Under the pieces are notes generated by a model, which was not told where the DNA came from, did no database searches, and saw only the letters and a list, made by a program, of their open reading frames with translations. A stretch of DNA of 64,000 bases. Origin: Scyliorhinus canicula (taxonomy: Eukaryota). The position numbers were made by a program, and so were the translations under genes. The stretch is taken from the NCBI RefSeq assembly GCF_902713615.1, contig NW_024055500.1:4762135-4826134 (forward strand), read 5' to 3'. This document shows positions 1 to 15,351 of the stretch, in pieces. Positions within the stretch are counted from its first letter, which is position 1. The number at the start of each line of letters is the position of its first letter.

Positions 1-3000
1 TGTTATTATATATATACACAGCGTTATACCCAGTGACACACGGTGTGATATATAATATATACAGCGTTATACCCAGTGACACACGGTGTGTTATATAATA
101 TATACAGCGTTATACCCAGTAACACACGGTGTGATATATAATATACACAGTGTTATACCCAGTGACACAGGGTGTGATATATAATATATACAGCGTTATA
201 CCCAGTGACACACGGTGTGTTATTATATAATATACACAGCGTTATACCCAGTGACACACGGTGTGTTATTATATAATATACACAGCGCTATACCCAGTGA
301 CACACGGTGTGTTATTATATAATATATACAGCGTTATACCCAGTGACACACGGTGTGTTATTATATAATATATACAGCATTATACCCAGTGACACACGGT
401 GTGATATTATATAATATACACCGCGTTATACCCAGTGACACACGGTGTGATATATAATATATACAGCGTTATACCCAGCGACACACGGTGTGATATATAA
501 TATACACAGCGTTATACCCAGTGACACACGGTGTGTTATTATATAATATACACAGCGTTATACCCAGTGACACACGGTGTGCTATATAATATATACAGCG
601 TTATACCCAGTGACACACGGTGTGATATATAATATATACAGTGTTATACCCAGTGACACACGGTGTGTTATTATATAATATATACAGCGTTATACCCAGT
701 GACACACGGTGTGTTATTATATAATATACACAGCGTTATACCCAGTGACACACGGTGTGATATATAATATATACAGCGTTATAACCAGTGACACACGGTG
801 TGATATATAATATATACAGCATTATACCCAGTGACACACGGTGTGTTATTATATAATATATACAGCGTTATACCCAGTGACACACGGTGTGATATATAAT
901 ATACACAGCGTTATACCCAGTGACACACGGTGTGATATATAATATACACAGCGTTATACCCAGTGACACACGGTGTGATATATAATATACACAGCGTTAT
1001 ACCCAGTGACACACGGTGTGATATATAATATATACAGCGTTATACCCAGTGACACACGGTGTGTTATTATATAATATACACAGCGTTATACCCAGTGACA
1101 CACGGTGTGATATATAATATATACAGCGTTATACCCAGTGACACACGGTGTGATATATAATTTATACAGCGTTATACCCAGTGACACACGGTGTGATATA
1201 TAATATACACAGCGTTATACCCAGTGACACACGGTGTGTTATATAATATACACAGCGTTATACCCAGTGACACACGGTGTGATATATAATATACACAGCG
1301 TTATACCCAGTGACACACGGTGTGATATATAATATACACAGCGTTATACCCAGTGACACACGGTGTGATATATAATATACACAGCGTTATACCCAGTGAC
1401 ACACGGTGTGTTATTATATAATATATACAGCGTTATACCCAGTGACACACGGTGTGATATATAATATATACAGCGTTATACCCAGTGACACACGGTGTGT
1501 TATTATATAATATATACAGCGTTATACCCAGTGACACACGGTGTGATATATAATATATACAGCGTTATACCCAGTGACACACGGTGTGTTATTATATAAT
1601 ATATACAGCGTTATACCCAGTGACATACGGTGTGATATATAATATACACAGCGTTATACCCAGTGACACACGGTGTGATATATAATATATACAGCGTTAT
1701 ACCCAGTGACACACGGTGTGTTATTATATAATATACACAGCGTTATACCCAGTGACACACGGTGTGATATATAATATATACAGCGTTATACCCAGTGACA
1801 CACGGTGTGTTATTATATAATATATACAGTGTTATACCCAGTGACACACGGTGTGATATATAATATATACAGCGTTATACCCAGTGACACACGGTGTGTT
1901 ATTATATAATATACACAGCGTTATACCCAGTGACACACGGTGTGATATATAATATATACAGCGTTATACCCAGTGACACACGGTGTGATATATAATATAC
2001 ACAGCGTTATACCCAGTGACACACGGTGTGATATATAATATACACAGCGTTATACCCAGTGACACACGGTGTGTTATTATATAATATATACAGTGTTATA
2101 CCCAGTGACACACGGTGTGTTATTATATAATATACACAGCGTTATACCCAGTGACACACGGTGTGATATATAATATATACAGCGTTATACCCAGTGACAC
2201 ACGGTGTGATATATAATATATACAGCGTTATACCCAGTGACACACGGTGTGATATATAATATATACAGCGTTATACCCAGTGACACACGGTGTGTTATTA
2301 TATAATATATACAGCGTTATACCCAGTGACACACGGTGTGTTATTATATAATATATACAGCGTTATACCCAGTGACACACGGTGTGATATATAATATATA
2401 CAGCGTTATACCCAGTGACACACGGTGTGATATATAATATACACAGCGTTATACCCAGTGACACACGGTGTGCTATATAATATACACAGCGTTATACCCA
2501 GTGACACACGGTGTGATATATAATATACACAGCGTTATACCCAGTGACACACGGTGTGATATATAATATATACAGTGTTATACCCAGTGACACACGGTGT
2601 GATATATAATATACACAGCGTTATACCCAGTGACACACGGTGTGATATATAATATATACAGTGTTATACCCAGTGACACACGGTGTGATATATAATATAC
2701 ACAGCGTTATACCCAGTGACACACGGTGTGTTATTATATAATATACACAGCGTTATACCCAGTGACACACGGTGTGTTATTATATAATATATACAGCGTT
2801 ATACCCAGTGACACACGGTGTGTTATTATATAATATACACAGCGTTATACCCAGTGACACACGGTGTGATATATAATATACACAGTGTTATACCCAGTGA
2901 CACACGGTGTGTTATTATATAATATATACAGCGTTATACCCAGTGACACACGGTGTGTTATTATATAATATACACAGCGTTATACCCAGTGACACACGGT

Positions 3001-6000
3001 GTGATATATAATATACACAGTGTTATACCCAGTGACACACGGTGTGTTATTATATAATATACACAGCGTTATACCCAGTGACACACGGTGTGTTATTATA
3101 TAATATACACAGCGTTATACCCAGTGACACACGGTGTGTTATTATATAATATACACAGCGTTATACCCAGTGACACACGGTGTGTTATTATATAATATAT
3201 ACAGCGTTATACCCAGTGACACACGGTGTGATATATAATATACACAGCGTTATACCCAGTGACACACGGTGTGATATATAATATACACAGCGTTATACCC
3301 AGTGACACACGGTGTGATATATAATATACACAGCGTTATACCCAGTGACACACGGTGTGTATATATAATATATACAGCGTTATACCCAGTGACACACGGT
3401 GTGATATATAATATACACAGCGTTATACCCAGTGACACACGGTGTGATATATAATATACACAGCGTTATACCCAGTGACACACGGTGTGATATATAATAT
3501 ACACAGCGTTATACCCAGTGACACACGGTGTGATATATAATATACACAGCGTTATACCCAGTGACACACGGTGTGTTATATATAATATATACAGCGTTAT
3601 ACCCAGTGACACACGGTGTGTATATATAATATATACAGCGTTATACCCAGTGACACACGGTGTGTTATTATATAATATACACAGCGTTATACCCAGTGAC
3701 ACACGGGGTGTATTATATAATATACACAGCGCTATACCCAGTGACACACGGTGTGTTATTATATAATATATACAGCGTTATACCCAGTGACACACGGTGT
3801 GTTATTATATAATATATACAGCATTATACCCAGTGACACACGGTGTGATATTATATAATATACACCGCGTTATACCCAGTGACACACGGTGTGATATATA
3901 ATATATACAGCGTTATACCCAGCGACACACGGTGTGATATATAATATACACAGCGTTATACCCAGTGACACACGGTGTGTTATTATATAATATATACAGC
4001 GTTATACCCAGTGACACACGGTGTGATATATAATATATACAGTGTTATACCCAGTGACACACGGTGTGTTATATATAATATATACAGCGTTATACCCAGT
4101 GACACACGGTGTGTTATTATATAATATACACAGCGTTATACCCAGTGACACACGGTGTGATATATAATATATACAGCGTTATACCCAGTGACACACGGTG
4201 TGATATATAATATATACAGCATTATACCCAGTGACACACGGTGTGTTATTATATAATATATACAGCGTTATACCCAGTGACACACGGTGTGATATATAAT
4301 ATACACAGCGTTATACCCAGTGACACACGGTGTGATATATAATATACACAGCGTTATACCTAGTGACACACGGTGTGATATATAATATACACAGCGTTAT
4401 ACCCAGTGACACACGGAGTGATATATAATATATACAGTGTTATACCCAGTGACACACGGTGTGATATATAATATATACAGCGTTATACCCAGTGACACAC
4501 GGTGTGCTATATAATATACACAGCGTTATACCCAGTGACACACGGTGTGATATATAATATACACAGCGTTATACCCAGTGACACACGGTGTGATATATAA
4601 TATACACAGCGTTATACCCAGTGACACACGGTGTGATATATAATATATACAGCGTTATACCCAGTGACACACGGTGTGTTATTATATAATATACACAGCG
4701 TTATACCCAGTGACACACGGTGTGATATATAATATATACAGCGTTATACCCAGTGACACACGGTGTGATATATAATATATACAGCGTTATACCCAGTGAC
4801 ACACGGTGTGATATATAATATACACAGCGTTATACCCAGTGACACACGGTGTGATATATAATATATACAGCGTTATACCCAGTGACACATGGTGTGTTAT
4901 ATAATATACACAGCGTTATACCCAGTGACACACGGTGTGATATATAATATACACAGCGTTATACCCAGTGACACACGGTGTGTTATTATATAATATATAC
5001 AGCGTTATACCCAGTGACACACGGTGTGTTATTATATAATATATACAGCGTTATACCCAGTGACACACGGTGTGATATATAATATACACAGCGTTATACC
5101 CAGTGACACACGGTGTGATATATAATATATACAGCGTTATACCCAGTGACACACGGTGTGTTATTATATAATATACACAGCGTTATACCCAGTGACACAC
5201 GGTGTGTTATTATATAATATATACAGCGTTATACCCAGTGACACACGGTGTGTTATTATATAATATACACAGCGTTATACCCAGTGACACACGGTGTGAT
5301 ATATAATATATACAGCGTTATACCCAGTGACACACGGTGTGATATATAATATACACAGCGTTATACCCAGTGACACACGGTGTGATATATAATATACACA
5401 GCGTTATACCCAGTGACACACGGTGTGTATTATATAATATATACAGTGTTATACCCAGTGACACACGGTGTGTTATTATATAATATACACAGCGTTATAC
5501 CCAGTGACACACGGTGTGATATATAATATACACAGCGTTATACCCAGTGACACACGGTGTGATATATAATATATACAGCGTTATACCCAGTGACACACGG
5601 TGTGATATATAATATATACAGCGTTATACCCAGTGACACACGGTGTGTTATTATATAATATATACAGCGATATACCCAGTGACACACGGTGTGTTATTAT
5701 ATAATATATACAGCGTTATACCCAGTGACACACGGTGTGATATATAATATATACAGTGTTATACCCAGTGACACACGGTGTGATATATAATATACACAGC
5801 GTTATACCCAGTGACACACGGTGTGCTATATAATATACACAGCGTTATACCCAGTGACACACGGTGTGATATATAATATACACAGCGTTATACCCAGTGA
5901 CACACGGTGTGATATATAATATATACAGTGTTATACCCAGTGACACACGGTGTGATATATAATATACACAGCGTTATACCCAGTGACACACGGTGTGATA

Positions 6001-9000
6001 TATAATATATACAGTGTTATACCCAGTGACACACGGTGTGATATATAATATACACAGCGTTATACCCAGTGACACACGGTGTGTTATTATATAATATACA
6101 CAGCGTTATACCCAGTGACACACGGTGTGTTATTATATAATATATACAGCGATATACCCAGTGACACACGGTGTGTTATTATATAATATACACAGCGTTA
6201 TACCCAGTGACACACGGTGTGATATATAATATACACAGTGTTATACCCAGTGACACACGGTGTGTTATTATATAATATATACAGCGTTATACCCAGTGAC
6301 ACACGGTGTGTTATATATAATATACACAGCGTTATACCCAGTGACACACGGTGTGATATATAATATACACAGTGTTATACCCAGTGACACACGGTGTGAT
6401 ATATAATATACACAGCGTTATACCCAGTGACACACGGTGTGATATATAATATACACAGCGTTATACCCAGTGACACACGGTGTGATATATAATATACACA
6501 GCGTTATACCCAGTGACACACGGTGTGTTATTATATAATATATACAGCATTATACCCAGTGGCACACAGTGTGATATATAATATACACAGAGTTATACCC
6601 AGTGACACACGGTGTGATATATAATATATACAGTGTTATACCCAGTGACACACGGTGTGATATATAATATACACAGCGTTATACCCAGTGACACACGGTG
6701 TGTTATTATATAATATATACAGTGTTATACCCAGTGACACACGGTGTGTGATATATAATATATACAGCGTTATACCCAGTGACACACGGTGTGTTATTAT
6801 ATAATATACACAGCGTTATACCCAGTGACACACGGTGTGTTATTATATAATATACACAGCGCTATACCCAGTGACACACGGTGTGTTATTATATAATATA
6901 TACAGCGTTATACCCAGTGACACACGGTGTGTTATTATATAATATATACAGCATTATACCCAGTGACACACGGTGTGATATTATATAATATACACCGCGT
7001 TATACCCAGTGACACACGGTGTGATATATAATATATACAGCGTTATACCCAGCGACACACGGTGTGATATATAATATACACAGCGTTATACCCAGTGACA
7101 CACGGTGTGTTATTATATAATATATACAGCGTTATACCCAGTGACACACGGTGTGATATATAATATATACAGTGTTATACCCAGTGACACACGGTGTGTT
7201 ATTATATAATATATACAGCGTTATACCCAGTGACACACGGTGTGTTATTATATAATATACACAGCGTTATACCCAGTGACACACGGTGTGATATATAATA
7301 TATACAGCGTTATACCCAGTGACACACGGTGTGATATATAATATATACAGCATTATACCCAGTGACACACGGTGTGTTATTATATAATATATACAGCGTT
7401 ATACCCAGTGACACACTGTGTGATATATAATATACACAGCGTTATACCCAGTGACACACGGTGTGATATATAATATACACAGCGTTATACCCAGTGACAC
7501 ACGGTGTGATATATAATATACACAGCGTTATACCCAGTGACACACGGTGTGATATATAATATACACAGCGTTATACCCAGTGACACACGGTGTGATATAT
7601 AATATACACAGCGTTATACCCAGTGACACACGGTGTGATATATAATATACACAGCGTTATACCCAGTGACACACGGTGTGTATTATATAATATACAGCGT
7701 TATACCCAGTGACACACGGTGTGTTATTATATAATATACACAGCGTTATACCCAGTGACACACGGTGTGATATATAATATATACAGCGTTATACCCAGTG
7801 ACACACGGTGTGATATATAATATATACAGCGTTATACCCAGTGACACACGGTGTGATATATAATATACACAGCGTTATACCCAGTGACACACGGTGTGAT
7901 ATATAATATACACAGCGTTATACCCAGTGACACACGGTGTGTTATTATATAATATATACAGCGTTATACCCAGTGACACACGGTGTGTTATTATATAATA
8001 TATACAGCGTTATACCCAGTGACACACGGTGTGATATATAATATACACAGCGTTATACCCAGTGACACACGGTGTGATATATAATATATACAGCGTTATA
8101 CCCAGTGACACACGGTGTGATATATAATATATACAGCGTTATACCCAGTGACACACGGTGTGTTATATAATATACACAGCGTTATACCCAGTGACACACG
8201 GTGTGATATATAATATATACAGCGTTATACCCAGTGACACACGGTGTGTTATTATATAATATACACAGCGTTATACCCAGTGACACACGGTGTGATATAT
8301 AATATATACAGCGTTATACCCAGTGACACACGGTGTGATATATAATATACACAGCGTTATACCCAGTGACACACGGTGTGATATATAATATACACAGCGT
8401 TATACCCAGTGACACACGGTGTGTTATTATATAATATATACAGTGTTATACCCAGTGACACACGGTGTGTTATTATAATATACACAGCGTTATACCCAGT
8501 GACACACGGTGTGATATATAATATACACAGCGTTATACCCAGTGACACACGGTGTGATATATAATATATACAGCGTTATACCCAGTGACACACGGTGTGA
8601 TATATAATATATACAGCGTTATACCCAGTGACACACGGTGTGTTATTATATAATATATACAGCGATATACCCAGTGACACACGGTGTGTTATTATATAAT
8701 ATATACAGCGTTATACCCAGTGACACACGGTGTGATATATAATATATACAGTGTTATACCCAGTGACACACGGTGTGATATATAATATACACAGCGTTAT
8801 ACCCAGTGACACACGGTGTGCTATATAATATACACAGCGTTATACCCAGTGACACACGGTGTGATATATAATATACACAGCGTTATACCCAGTGACACAC
8901 GGTGTGATATATAATATATACAGTGTTATACCCAGTGACACACGGTGTGATATATAATATATACAGCGTTATACCCAGTGACACACGGTGTGATATATAA

Positions 9001-12000
9001 TATATACAGTGTTATACCCAGTGACACACGGTGTGATATATAATATACACAGCGTTATACCCAGTGACACACGGTGTATATTATATAATATACACAGCGT
9101 TATACCCAGTGACACACGGTGTGTTATTATATAATATATACAGCGATATACCCAGTGACACACGGTGTGTTATTATATAATATACACAGCGTTATACCCA
9201 GTGACACACGGTGTGATATATAATATACACAGTGTTATACCCAGTGACACACGGTGTGTTATTATATAATATATACAGCGTTATACCCAGTGACACACGG
9301 TGTGTTATTATATAATATACACAGCGTTATACCCAGTGACACACGGTGTGATATATAATATACACAGTGTTATACCCAGTGACACACGGTGTGTTATTAT
9401 ATAATATATACAGCGTTATACCCAGTGACACACGGTGTGATATATAATATACACAGCGTTATACCCAGTGACACACGGTGTGATATATAATATACACAGC
9501 GTTATACCCAGTGACACACGGTGTGTTATTATATAATATACACAGCGTTATACCCAGTGACACACGGTGTGTATTATATAATATACACAGCGTTATACCC
9601 AGTGACACACGGTGTGTATATATAATATATACAGCAGTTATACCCAGTGACACACGGTGTGTTATTATATAATATACACAGCGTTATACCCAGTGACACA
9701 CGGTGTGATATATAATATAACAGCGTTATACCCAGTGACACACGGTGTGATATATAATATACACAGCGTTATACCCAGTGACACACGGTGTGATATATAA
9801 TATACACAGCGTTATACCCAGTGACACACGGTGTGATATATAATATACACAGCGTTATACCCAGTGACACACGGTGTGTTATTATATAATATATACAGCA
9901 TTATACCCAGTGGCACACAGTGTGATATATAATATATACAGCGTTATACCCAGTGACACACGGTGTGCTATATAATATACACAGCGTTATACCCAGTGAC
10001 ACACGGTGTGATATTATATAATATACACAGCGTTATACCCAGTGACACACGGTGTGATATATAATATACACAGCGTTATACCCAGTGACACACGGTGTGA
10101 TATATAATATACACAGCGTTATACCCAGTGACACACGGTGTGATATATAATATACACAGCGTTATACCCAGTGACACACGGTGTGTTATTATATAATATA
10201 TACAGTGTTATACCCAGTGACACACGGTGTGTTATTATATAATATATACAGCGTTATACCCAGAGACACACGGTGTGTTATTATATAATATATACAGTGT
10301 TATACCCAGTGACACACGGTGTGTTATTATATAATATATACAGTGTTATACCCAGTGACACACGGTGTGTTATTATATAATATATACAGCGTTATACCCA
10401 GTGACACACAGTGTGTTATTATATAATATACACAGCGTTATACCCAGTGACACACGGTGTGATATATAATATACACAGCGTTATACCCAGTGACACACGG
10501 TGTGATATATAATATATACAGCGTTATACCCAGTGACACACGGTGTGATATATAATATATACAGCGTTATACCCAGTGACACACGGTGTGTTATTATATA
10601 ATATACACAGTGTTATACCCAGTGACACACGGTGTGTTATTATATAATATATACAGCGTTATACCCAGAGACACACGGTGTGTTATTATATAATATACAC
10701 AGCGTTATACCCAGTGACACACGGTGTGTTATTATATAATATATACAGCGTTATACCCAGTGACACACGGTGTGATATATAATATATACAGCGTTATACC
10801 CAGTGACACACGGTGTGTTATTATATAATATACACAGCGTTATACCCAGTGACACACGGTGTGATATATAATATATACAGCGTTATACCCAGTGACACAC
10901 GGTGTGTTATTATATAATATATACAGCGTTATACCCAGTGACACACAGTGTGATATATAATATATACAGCGTTATACCCAGTGACACACGGTGTGTTATT
11001 ATATAATATACACAGCGTTATACCCAGTGACACACGGTGTGTTATTATATAATATACACAGCGTTATACCCAGTGACACACGGTGTGTTATTATATAATA
11101 TACACAGCGTTATACCCAGTGACACACGGTGTGATATATAATATACACAGCGTTATACCCAGTGACACACGGTGTGATATATAATATACACAGCGTTATA
11201 CCCAGTGACACACGGTGTGATATATAATATACACAGCGTTATACCCAGTGACACACGGTGTGATATATAATATATACAGCGTTATACCCAGTGACACACG
11301 GTGTGATATATAATATACACAGCGTTATACCCAGTGACACACGGTGTGTTATTATATAATATATACAGCGTTATACCCAGTAACACACGGTGTGATATAT
11401 AATATATACAGCGTTATGCCCAGTGACACACGGTGTGTTATTATATAATATATACAGCGTTATACCCAGTGACACACGGTGTGATATATAATATATACAG
11501 CGATATACCCAGTGACACACGGTGTGTTATATATAATATACACAGCGTTATACCCAGTGACACACGGTGTGATTATATAATATACACAGCGTTATACCCA
11601 GTGACACACGGTGTGCTATTATATAATATACACAGCGTTATACCCAGTGACACACGGTGTGATATATAATATATACAGCGTTATACCCAGTGACACACGG
11701 TGTGTATATATAATATACACAGCGTTATACCCAGTGACACACGGTGTGTTATTATATAATATACACAGCGTTATACCCAGTGACACACGGTGTGTTATTA
11801 TATAATATACACAGCGTTATACCCAGTGACACACGGTGTGATATATAATATACACAGCGTTATACCCAGTGACACACGGTGTGTTATATATAATATACAC
11901 AGCGTTATACCCAGTGACACACGGTGTGTTATTATATAATATATACAGCGTTATACCCAGTGACACACGGTGTGTTTAATATAATATATACAGCGTTATA

Positions 12001-12211
12001 CCCAGTGACACACGGTGTGTTTAATATAATATATACAGCGTTATACCCAGTGACACACGGTGTGTATATATAATATATACAGCGTTATACCCAGTGACAC
12101 ACGGTGTGTTATATATAATATATACAGCGTTATACCCAGTGACACACGGTGTGATATATAATATATACAGCGTTATACCCAGTGACACACGGTGTGATAT
12201 ATAATATATAC
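1..12211. repeat. Tandem satellite, 43/46-bp unit (TGTGATATATAATATAYACAGCGTTATACCCAGTGACACACGG; TGTGTTAT- variant adds 3 nt)
   Basis: Continuous tandem array read directly; two interspersed length variants; runs off the left edge and into the first N gap. Confidence 0.99.
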
Positions 12212-12711
12212 NNNNNNNNNNNNNNNNNNNNNNNNNNNNNNNNNNNNNNNNNNNNNNNNNNNNNNNNNNNNNNNNNNNNNNNNNNNNNNNNNNNNNNNNN
12301 NNNNNNNNNNNNNNNNNNNNNNNNNNNNNNNNNNNNNNNNNNNNNNNNNNNNNNNNNNNNNNNNNNNNNNNNNNNNNNNNNNNNNNNNNNNNNNNNNNNN
12401 NNNNNNNNNNNNNNNNNNNNNNNNNNNNNNNNNNNNNNNNNNNNNNNNNNNNNNNNNNNNNNNNNNNNNNNNNNNNNNNNNNNNNNNNNNNNNNNNNNNN
12501 NNNNNNNNNNNNNNNNNNNNNNNNNNNNNNNNNNNNNNNNNNNNNNNNNNNNNNNNNNNNNNNNNNNNNNNNNNNNNNNNNNNNNNNNNNNNNNNNNNNN
12601 NNNNNNNNNNNNNNNNNNNNNNNNNNNNNNNNNNNNNNNNNNNNNNNNNNNNNNNNNNNNNNNNNNNNNNNNNNNNNNNNNNNNNNNNNNNNNNNNNNNN
12701 NNNNNNNNNNN
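12212..12711. other. Assembly gap (500 N, probably nominal size)
   Basis: Run of exactly 500 N. Confidence 0.99.
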
Positions 12712-12973
12712 CCTCCACCCTCTCCCCATAACCCAGTAACCCCACCCAATACTAAGGGCAATTTTGGACTCTAAGGGCAATTTATCACGGCCAATCCACC
12801 TAACCTGCACATCTTTGGACTGTGGGAGGAAACCGGAGCACCCGGATGAAACCCACGCACACACACGGGGAGGATGTGCAGACTCCGCACAGACAGTGAC
12901 CCAAGCCGGAATCGAACCTGGGTCCCTGGAGCTGTGATGCAATTGAGCTATCCACAATGCTACCGTGCTGCCC
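12712..12973 (-). mobile_element. tRNA-derived SINE (HE1-like shark SINE), 3' part cut by the gap
   Basis: Minus strand starts GGGCAGCACGGTAGC, has B-box-like GGTTCGATTCC and the same core as the SINEs at 28316, 38683 and 40148. Confidence 0.85.
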
Positions 12974-13335
12974 GTAAAAGATTGAAAGTGATTTTCAAAA
13001 GTGGCCGATATGAAGTGCGAAAAGCCTTGCTCGCACGGCGAGAGAACGAGGTCTGGCACGCACTGTCTGCAGGTGGGGTGGAGGCAGCCCTGAGGTTAAC
13101 ACCACAACCCTCAAATCACCTCCGCCAATTCCAAAGCTCCCAGTCCGATCATCGCAAGATTCCCAACACCCCCCCCCCCTCCCCAGTGCTGCTAAAACTG
13201 GACAAGAAAGATCCCAGAGTCAAACCTGGCTTGATAGACCCTCAACCTTTATATTACGCACGACAGAGGGAAGTTACTGAGCAGATTCACAGGAGTCTGC
13301 TGATGGGTTTTTTCCCCCACGAAGAGAATGAAACG

Positions 13336-13341
13336 TTTATT
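13336..13341 (-). terminator. Candidate polyadenylation signal (AATAAA) of the VJ-C1 gene
   Basis: TTTATT on + at 13336-13341, about 160 nt downstream of the candidate stop at 13500. Confidence 0.55.
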
Positions 13342-13499
13342 AAAACAAGAAAAGTGGGACTTGTGGGGGCGGCTATGGAGGAGTAAGTCGCACATTTGGT
13401 GGCTCTCGCTCCGGTCGGACTTTTGGAGCTTTTTCCCCGACTTTTTTGTACTTTTGAGCGCTGGATGGGAAGTGATAGGCACTCAGGCATTGACTCCAG

Positions 13500-13567
13500 C
13501 TACTGGTGTGCGCAATTGAGAAGCAGAAAGAATGGCAAACAGTTGAAGATGTGGGCAACCAAGGGCA
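13500..13567 (-). CDS. Candidate terminal exon of the VJ-C1 gene: short hydrophobic tail (V)PLVAHIFNCLPFFLLLNCAHQ*
   Basis: Phase-1-compatible CAG acceptor at 13570-13568 (68-nt intron); same-frame acceptors at 13583/13580 add (A)AAAA but need 53-56-nt introns; TAG at 13502-13500; AATAAA follows. Confidence 0.4.
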
Positions 13568-13635
13568 CTGCAGCAGCTGCTGCTGAGGACATAAACAACG
13601 CCACCGCTTCCTCCCACTCCACCAGAGGTACTCAC

Positions 13636-13953
13636 CGCGTGTCCTGACCTCCTTCATGATTGGCTGGCTCAGAGTCGGGTGGGAAACGACACATTGGTAC
13701 AGGTCCGCGTTCGCCCAGTCCTGGGTGCTGATGGCCAGTTGGCTGAAGGTGCTGTAACGATCATTGGGATCCCTGGACAGAGGAGCCTGGCTGATCCCCG
13801 ATGACTCCTTCCTTCCGTCCCTGTACCAGGCGATCTGGACGTTGGGCGGGTAGAACCCGCTGAGCAGGCACAGCAGCCGCGTGGCACCGCCCTCCGTGAT
13901 CTCCACCGGGGGCGGGTAATGGAGACTGACTGAGGGAGGGGAGGAAGGTGGCA
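13636..13953 (-). CDS. Ig C1-set constant-domain exon of a non-rearranging VJ-C1 gene
   Basis: TCCACAG acceptor, GTGAGT donor, 318 nt, phase 1/1; CLLSGFYPPNVQIAW ... YSTFSQLAISTQDW...YQCVVSH are hallmark antigen-receptor C1 motifs. Confidence 0.93.
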
Positions 13954-14014
13954 CTGTGGACAAAACAGAGACGGTCAAAGCATTGTCCCGAGAGCGACCC
14001 TCACCCTGAATCAA

Positions 14015-14288
14015 CAGGTCGCTGACCTCTGTGACCCTGCACGGAGAGGTCACTCGCTGACCTCTGTGACCCTGCACCGAGAGGTCACTCGCTGACCTCT
14101 GTGACCTGCACCGAGAGGTCACTCGCTGACCTCTGTGACCCTGCACCGAGAGGTCACTCGCTGACCTCAATGACCCTCAGTTGAGGTCACTCGCTGACCT
14201 CAATGACCCTCAGTTGAGAGGTCACGCCCTGACCTCACTGGCCCTCTGAGAGGCTAATCGTTGACCTCTGACCCTGTTGAGAGGTCAA
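14015..14288. repeat. 35-bp minisatellite, left part (GAGAGGTCACTCGCTGACCTCTGTGACCCTGCACC)
   Basis: Tandem copies; the same family resumes at 15352 on the other side of a CR1 fragment. Confidence 0.85.
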
Positions 14289-14297
14289 TCACCGACC

Positions 14298-15348
14298 ACA
14301 AGACATAGGAGCAGAATTAGGCCACTCGGCCCTTCGAGTCTGCTCCGCCATTCAATCATGGCTGATATTTTTCTCGTCCCCATTCTCCTGCCTTCTCCCC
14401 TGATCCCCTTATTAATCAAGAACCTATCAATCTCTGTCTTAAAGACACTCAGTGATTTGGCCTCCACAGCCTTCTGCGGCAAAGGGTTCCACAGATTCAC
14501 CCCCCTCTGGCTGAAGAAATTCTTCCTCATCTCTCTTTTAAAGGATCGTCCCTTTAGTCTGCGATGGTGAATCCTCTGCTTCAAGTTTTTCCTACAAGTG
14601 GAAACATCCTCTCCACGTCCTCTCCATCCAGGCCTCGCAGTATCCTGTAAGTTTCAATAAGATCCCCCCTCATCCTTCTAAACCCCAACGTGTACAGACC
14701 CAGAGTCCTCAACCGTTCCTCATACGACAAGCTCTTCATTCCAGGGATCATTCTTGTGAACCTCCTCTGGACCCTTTCCAAGGCCCCAGCACATCCTTCC
14801 TTAGATACGGGGCCCAGAACTGCTCACAATACTCCAAATGGGGTCTGACCAGAGCCTTATACAGCCTCAGAAGTATATCCCTGGTCTTGTATTCTAGCCC
14901 TCTCGACATGAATGCTAACATTGCATTTGCCTTCCTAACTGCCGACTGAACCTGCACGTTAACCTTAAGAGAATCGTGAACAAGGACTCCCAAGTCCCTT
15001 TGTGCTTCTGATTTCCGAAGCATTTCCCCATTTGGAAAATAGTCTGTGCCTCTATTTCTCCTTCCAAAGTGCATAACCTCACACTTTCCACATTGTATTC
15101 CATCTGCCACTTCATTGCCCGCTCTCCTTGCTTGTCCAAATCCTTCTGCAGCCCACCTTGCTTCCTCAATACTACCTGCCCCTCTACAGATCTTCGTATC
15201 ATCTGCAAACTTAGCAACAGTAAAGTTCCTTCTTCCAGATCATTAATGTATATTGTGAAAAGTTGTGGGCCCAGCACAGACCCCTGAGGCACACCACTAG
15301 TCACCAGCTACCATCCTGAAAAAGACCCATTTATCCCCACTCTCTGCG
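14298..15348 (-). mobile_element. CR1-clade LINE 3' fragment, frameshifted RT C-terminus plus 3' UTR
   Basis: Minus-strand VPQGSVLGPQLFTIYINDL, LVRPHLEYC.QFWAPY and ERVQRRFTRMIPG motifs; tail CTCCTGCTCCTATGTCTTG. Confidence 0.93.
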
Positions 15349-15351
15349 TTC

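Noticed and set aside
1-12211. CRISPR-like regular repeats with a palindromic core
   Set aside because: No unique spacers, eukaryotic context, no cas genes
12021-13059. Long ORFs containing X runs (also at 36148, 57740 and 60786-61963)
   Set aside because: Artefacts of reading through N gaps
13249-13460. Alternative Lys-rich 71-aa terminal exon using the CCAG acceptor at 13461
   Set aside because: In frame, but it would run through the AATAAA at 13341-13336 and has no recognisable motif; kept only as a minor possibility
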